NCBI GenBank assembly: GCA_964439915.1 | Contig: CAYTQT010000008.1 | Span: 10,399 to 74,398 of the forward strand | Source of the DNA: an uncultured Wenzhouxiangella sp. | GTDB lineage: Bacteria > Pseudomonadota > Gammaproteobacteria > Xanthomonadales > Wenzhouxiangellaceae | Direction of reading: 5' to 3' | DNA: 64,000 nt | In this document: positions 62,294 through 64,000 of the stretch, piece after piece | How the letters are laid out: every line of letters starts with the position of its first letter | How positions within the stretch are numbered: the stretch's first letter is position 1 | Translations under genes and position numbers: made by a program | Notes under the pieces: generated by a model | Seen by the model: only the letters and a program-made list of their open reading frames with translations | The model's database searches: none | What the model was told of the DNA's origin: nothing

Positions 62294-63724
62294 ATGTTTG
62301 AACTCGCTCGCTCCCAGTTGCTCGATCCGACCGGACTGGATCAATCCGATATCGAATCGGCGATCAGCCGCCTGGCCGGCGGTGCCGTCGACTTCGGCGA
62401 ACTGTATTTCCAGCGCCGGGTGCGCGAGGGCTGGAGCCTCGAGGACGGCGCGGTCAAGAACGGCAGCTGGGATGTCGATCAGGGCGTCGGGGTGCGAGCA
62501 ATCGCGGGTGCCGGCACAGGCTTTGCCTACGCAGACGCCATTACCCTGCCGGCCCTGATCGATGCGGCCGACAGTGCCAGGGCCATCAGCCGTCAGGCCA
62601 GCCACGGGCAGGTTCGTCTGGCAGCCGCCATCCAGACGCCGGAGCGCTATATCAGCGCGGATCCGACGCGCCAGGGTCGATCCGCCGATCGCGTCGAGCT
62701 GCTGCGAACGATCGATGCCTACGTGCGCTCCCTTGATGCGCGCGTGAGTCAGGTCAGCGTCAACGTGTCCGCCAGCCACGAGTCCATCCTGGTGGCAGCC
62801 AGTGACGGCACCCTGGCCGGCGATGTCCGGCCGCTGGTCCGTCTCGATATCCGGGTGCTGATGGAGGACGGCGATCGGCGCGAGCAGGGATTTGCCGGGG
62901 GCGGTGGGCGCTACGGCCTGTCCGAGCTGATGGCGCCGGATTTCTGGCAGCCCCAGGCTCGTGAAGCGGTCCGCCAGGCCGAGGTCAATCTGCGCGCTGA
63001 AGATGCGCCGGCCGGCCATATGACCGTGGTGCTGGGGCCGGGCTGGCCGGGCGTGCTGCTGCACGAGGCCATCGGCCATGGTCTCGAGGGCGACTTCAAC
63101 CGCAAGGGCATCTCGGCGTTCTCCAATCGCATCGGTGAGAAGGTCGCCAGCGCCGAATGCACCATCGTCGATGACGGCACCCTGGCCGATCGGCGCGGCT
63201 CGCTGGCGATCGACGATGAAGGCACGCCGGCCGGCATGACCACCCTGATCGAGAACGGCAGGCTGGTCGGCTACATGCAGGACAAGCTCAATGCTCGCCT
63301 GATGGGCGTCAAGCCGACCGGCAACGGGCGCCGCGAATCCTTCGCGCATCTGCCGATGCCGCGCATGACCAATACCTACATGCTGCCCGGCTCGCACGAT
63401 CCCGGCGAGATTCTTGCTTCGGTCGAGGACGGCATCTACGCAGTCAATTTCAACGGCGGTCAGGTCGACATCACCTCCGGCAAGTTCGTCTTCGCAGCCT
63501 CCGAGGCCTACCGGGTCAAGAACGGCAAGGTCGGCGCCCCGATCAAGGGCGCGACCCTGATCGGCAACGGCCCCGACGTGCTGACCCGGGTCGGTATGGT
63601 CGGCAATGACCTGGCCCTGGACAACGGCGTTGGCGTCTGCGGCAAGGAGGGCCAGAGCGTGCCCGTTGGCGTCGGCCAGCCGACCCTTCGCATCGACGGT
63701 CTGACCGTTGGAGGAACACACTGA
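62294..63724 (+). CDS. tldD: Metalloprotease TldD
   Basis: 476 aa. [16 protein letters not shown] (HExxxH) and the C-terminal GxC...GQP motif. Confidence 0.95.
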   Translation: MFELARSQLLDPTGLDQSDIESAISRLAGGAVDFGELYFQRRVREGWSLEDGAVKNGSWDVDQGVGVRAIAGAGTGFAYADAITLPALIDAADSARAISRQASHGQVRLAAAIQTPERYISADPTRQGRSADRVELLRTIDAYVRSLDARVSQVSVNVSASHESILVAASDGTLAGDVRPLVRLDIRVLMEDGDRREQGFAGGGGRYGLSELMAPDFWQPQAREAVRQAEVNLRAEDAPAGHMTVVLGPGWPGVLLHEAIGHGLEGDFNRKGISAFSNRIGEKVASAECTIVDDGTLADRRGSLAIDDEGTPAGMTTLIENGRLVGYMQDKLNARLMGVKPTGNGRRESFAHLPMPRMTNTYMLPGSHDPGEILASVEDGIYAVNFNGGQVDITSGKFVFAASEAYRVKNGKVGAPIKGATLIGNGPDVLTRVGMVGNDLALDNGVGVCGKEGQSVPVGVGQPTLRIDGLTVGGTH

Positions 63725-64000
63725 TGGCCGCGAGCGGCAGTCTGACCGTGGCCGACTGGCTGGCGCAGCCAGAGCGCGAGACCGAGACCCTGATCGGGAT
63801 TGCCCGCCGGGCCCTCGATCAGGCCACCGAGGGCGGCGCGGATCAGGCCGAAGTCAGCGTGTCGTCCAGTCTTGCGCGTGAATCAGGCGTCCGCCTGGGC
63901 GACATCGAACACCTCGAGGAAGCGCGGGATCGGGGAGTTCGGGTCACTGTGTATGCCGGACAGTGCAGCGGCACCGCATCGACCGGTGATCTGCGGCCAG
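63724..64000 (+). CDS. pmbA: Metalloprotease PmbA (TldE), 5' fragment continuing beyond the window
   Basis: The ATG at 63724 overlaps the tldD stop (TGATG). The open frame to the window end gives ...GADQAEVSVSSSLARESGVRLGDIEHLEEARDRGVRVTVYAGQCSGTASTGDL, which parallels the E. coli PmbA N-terminus. Not in the ORF track because no stop falls inside the window. Confidence 0.75.
   Translation, partial: MAASGSLTVADWLAQPERETETLIGIARRALDQATEGGADQAEVSVSSSLARESGVRLGDIEHLEEARDRGVRVTVYAGQCSGTASTGDLRP

Overview
High-GC (roughly 65%) chromosomal segment with gammaproteobacterial core synteny; no rRNA, tRNA, CRISPR array, IS element or prophage was recognised. By region:
- 1-7 kb, housekeeping and envelope genes: ureohydrolase, cystathionine beta-synthase, a DUF4398/OmpA lipoprotein pair, maiA, and a lone HMG-CoA synthase.
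- 7.2-17.7 kb, an accessory surface module: three tandem phage-tail-collar-domain paralogues with no phage context, two small paralogous proteins (one with a Tat signal), a GNAT, a ~1,900-aa repeat/beta-helix adhesin and a secreted orphan.
- 17.8-28.5 kb: H+-pyrophosphatase, PAP2, queD, two SAM methyltransferases, prmA, rsmE, bioA.
- 28.6-33.9 kb: type II secretion genes gspG to gspN only, without gspC, D, E or F.
- 34-40.4 kb: nudE, a pentaheme cytochrome with a C-terminal sorting-signal-like tail, hemJ, erpA, an ampE-like gene and a catalytically degenerate integron-integrase homologue.
- 40.4-45.1 kb: a translationally coupled DUF3429 / ABC ATPase / FtsX permease / AttH-like operon.
- 45.6-47.5 kb: panD and pgi.
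- 47.6-49.6 kb: a Cys-repeat precursor peptide, a DUF692 (MNIO) enzyme and a DoxX protein. This is an HvfA/bufferin-type RiPP locus that appears to lack the usual DUF2063 partner.
- 50.4-64 kb, conserved core block: leuS-lptE-holA-nadD-rsfS-rlmH-maf-rng-yhdP-tldD-pmbA.

Most noteworthy:
- the partner-less MNIO RiPP locus;
- the phage-free tail-collar triad operon;
- an IPTL-CTERM-like sorting signal sitting internally in the giant adhesin, with the same motif at the C-terminus of the multiheme cytochrome;
- a 286-nt nested-helix element bounded by a perfect 28-bp inverted repeat;
- two promoter-plus-terminator-defined small-RNA candidates.

All family assignments come from reading motifs by eye and are not database-verified.
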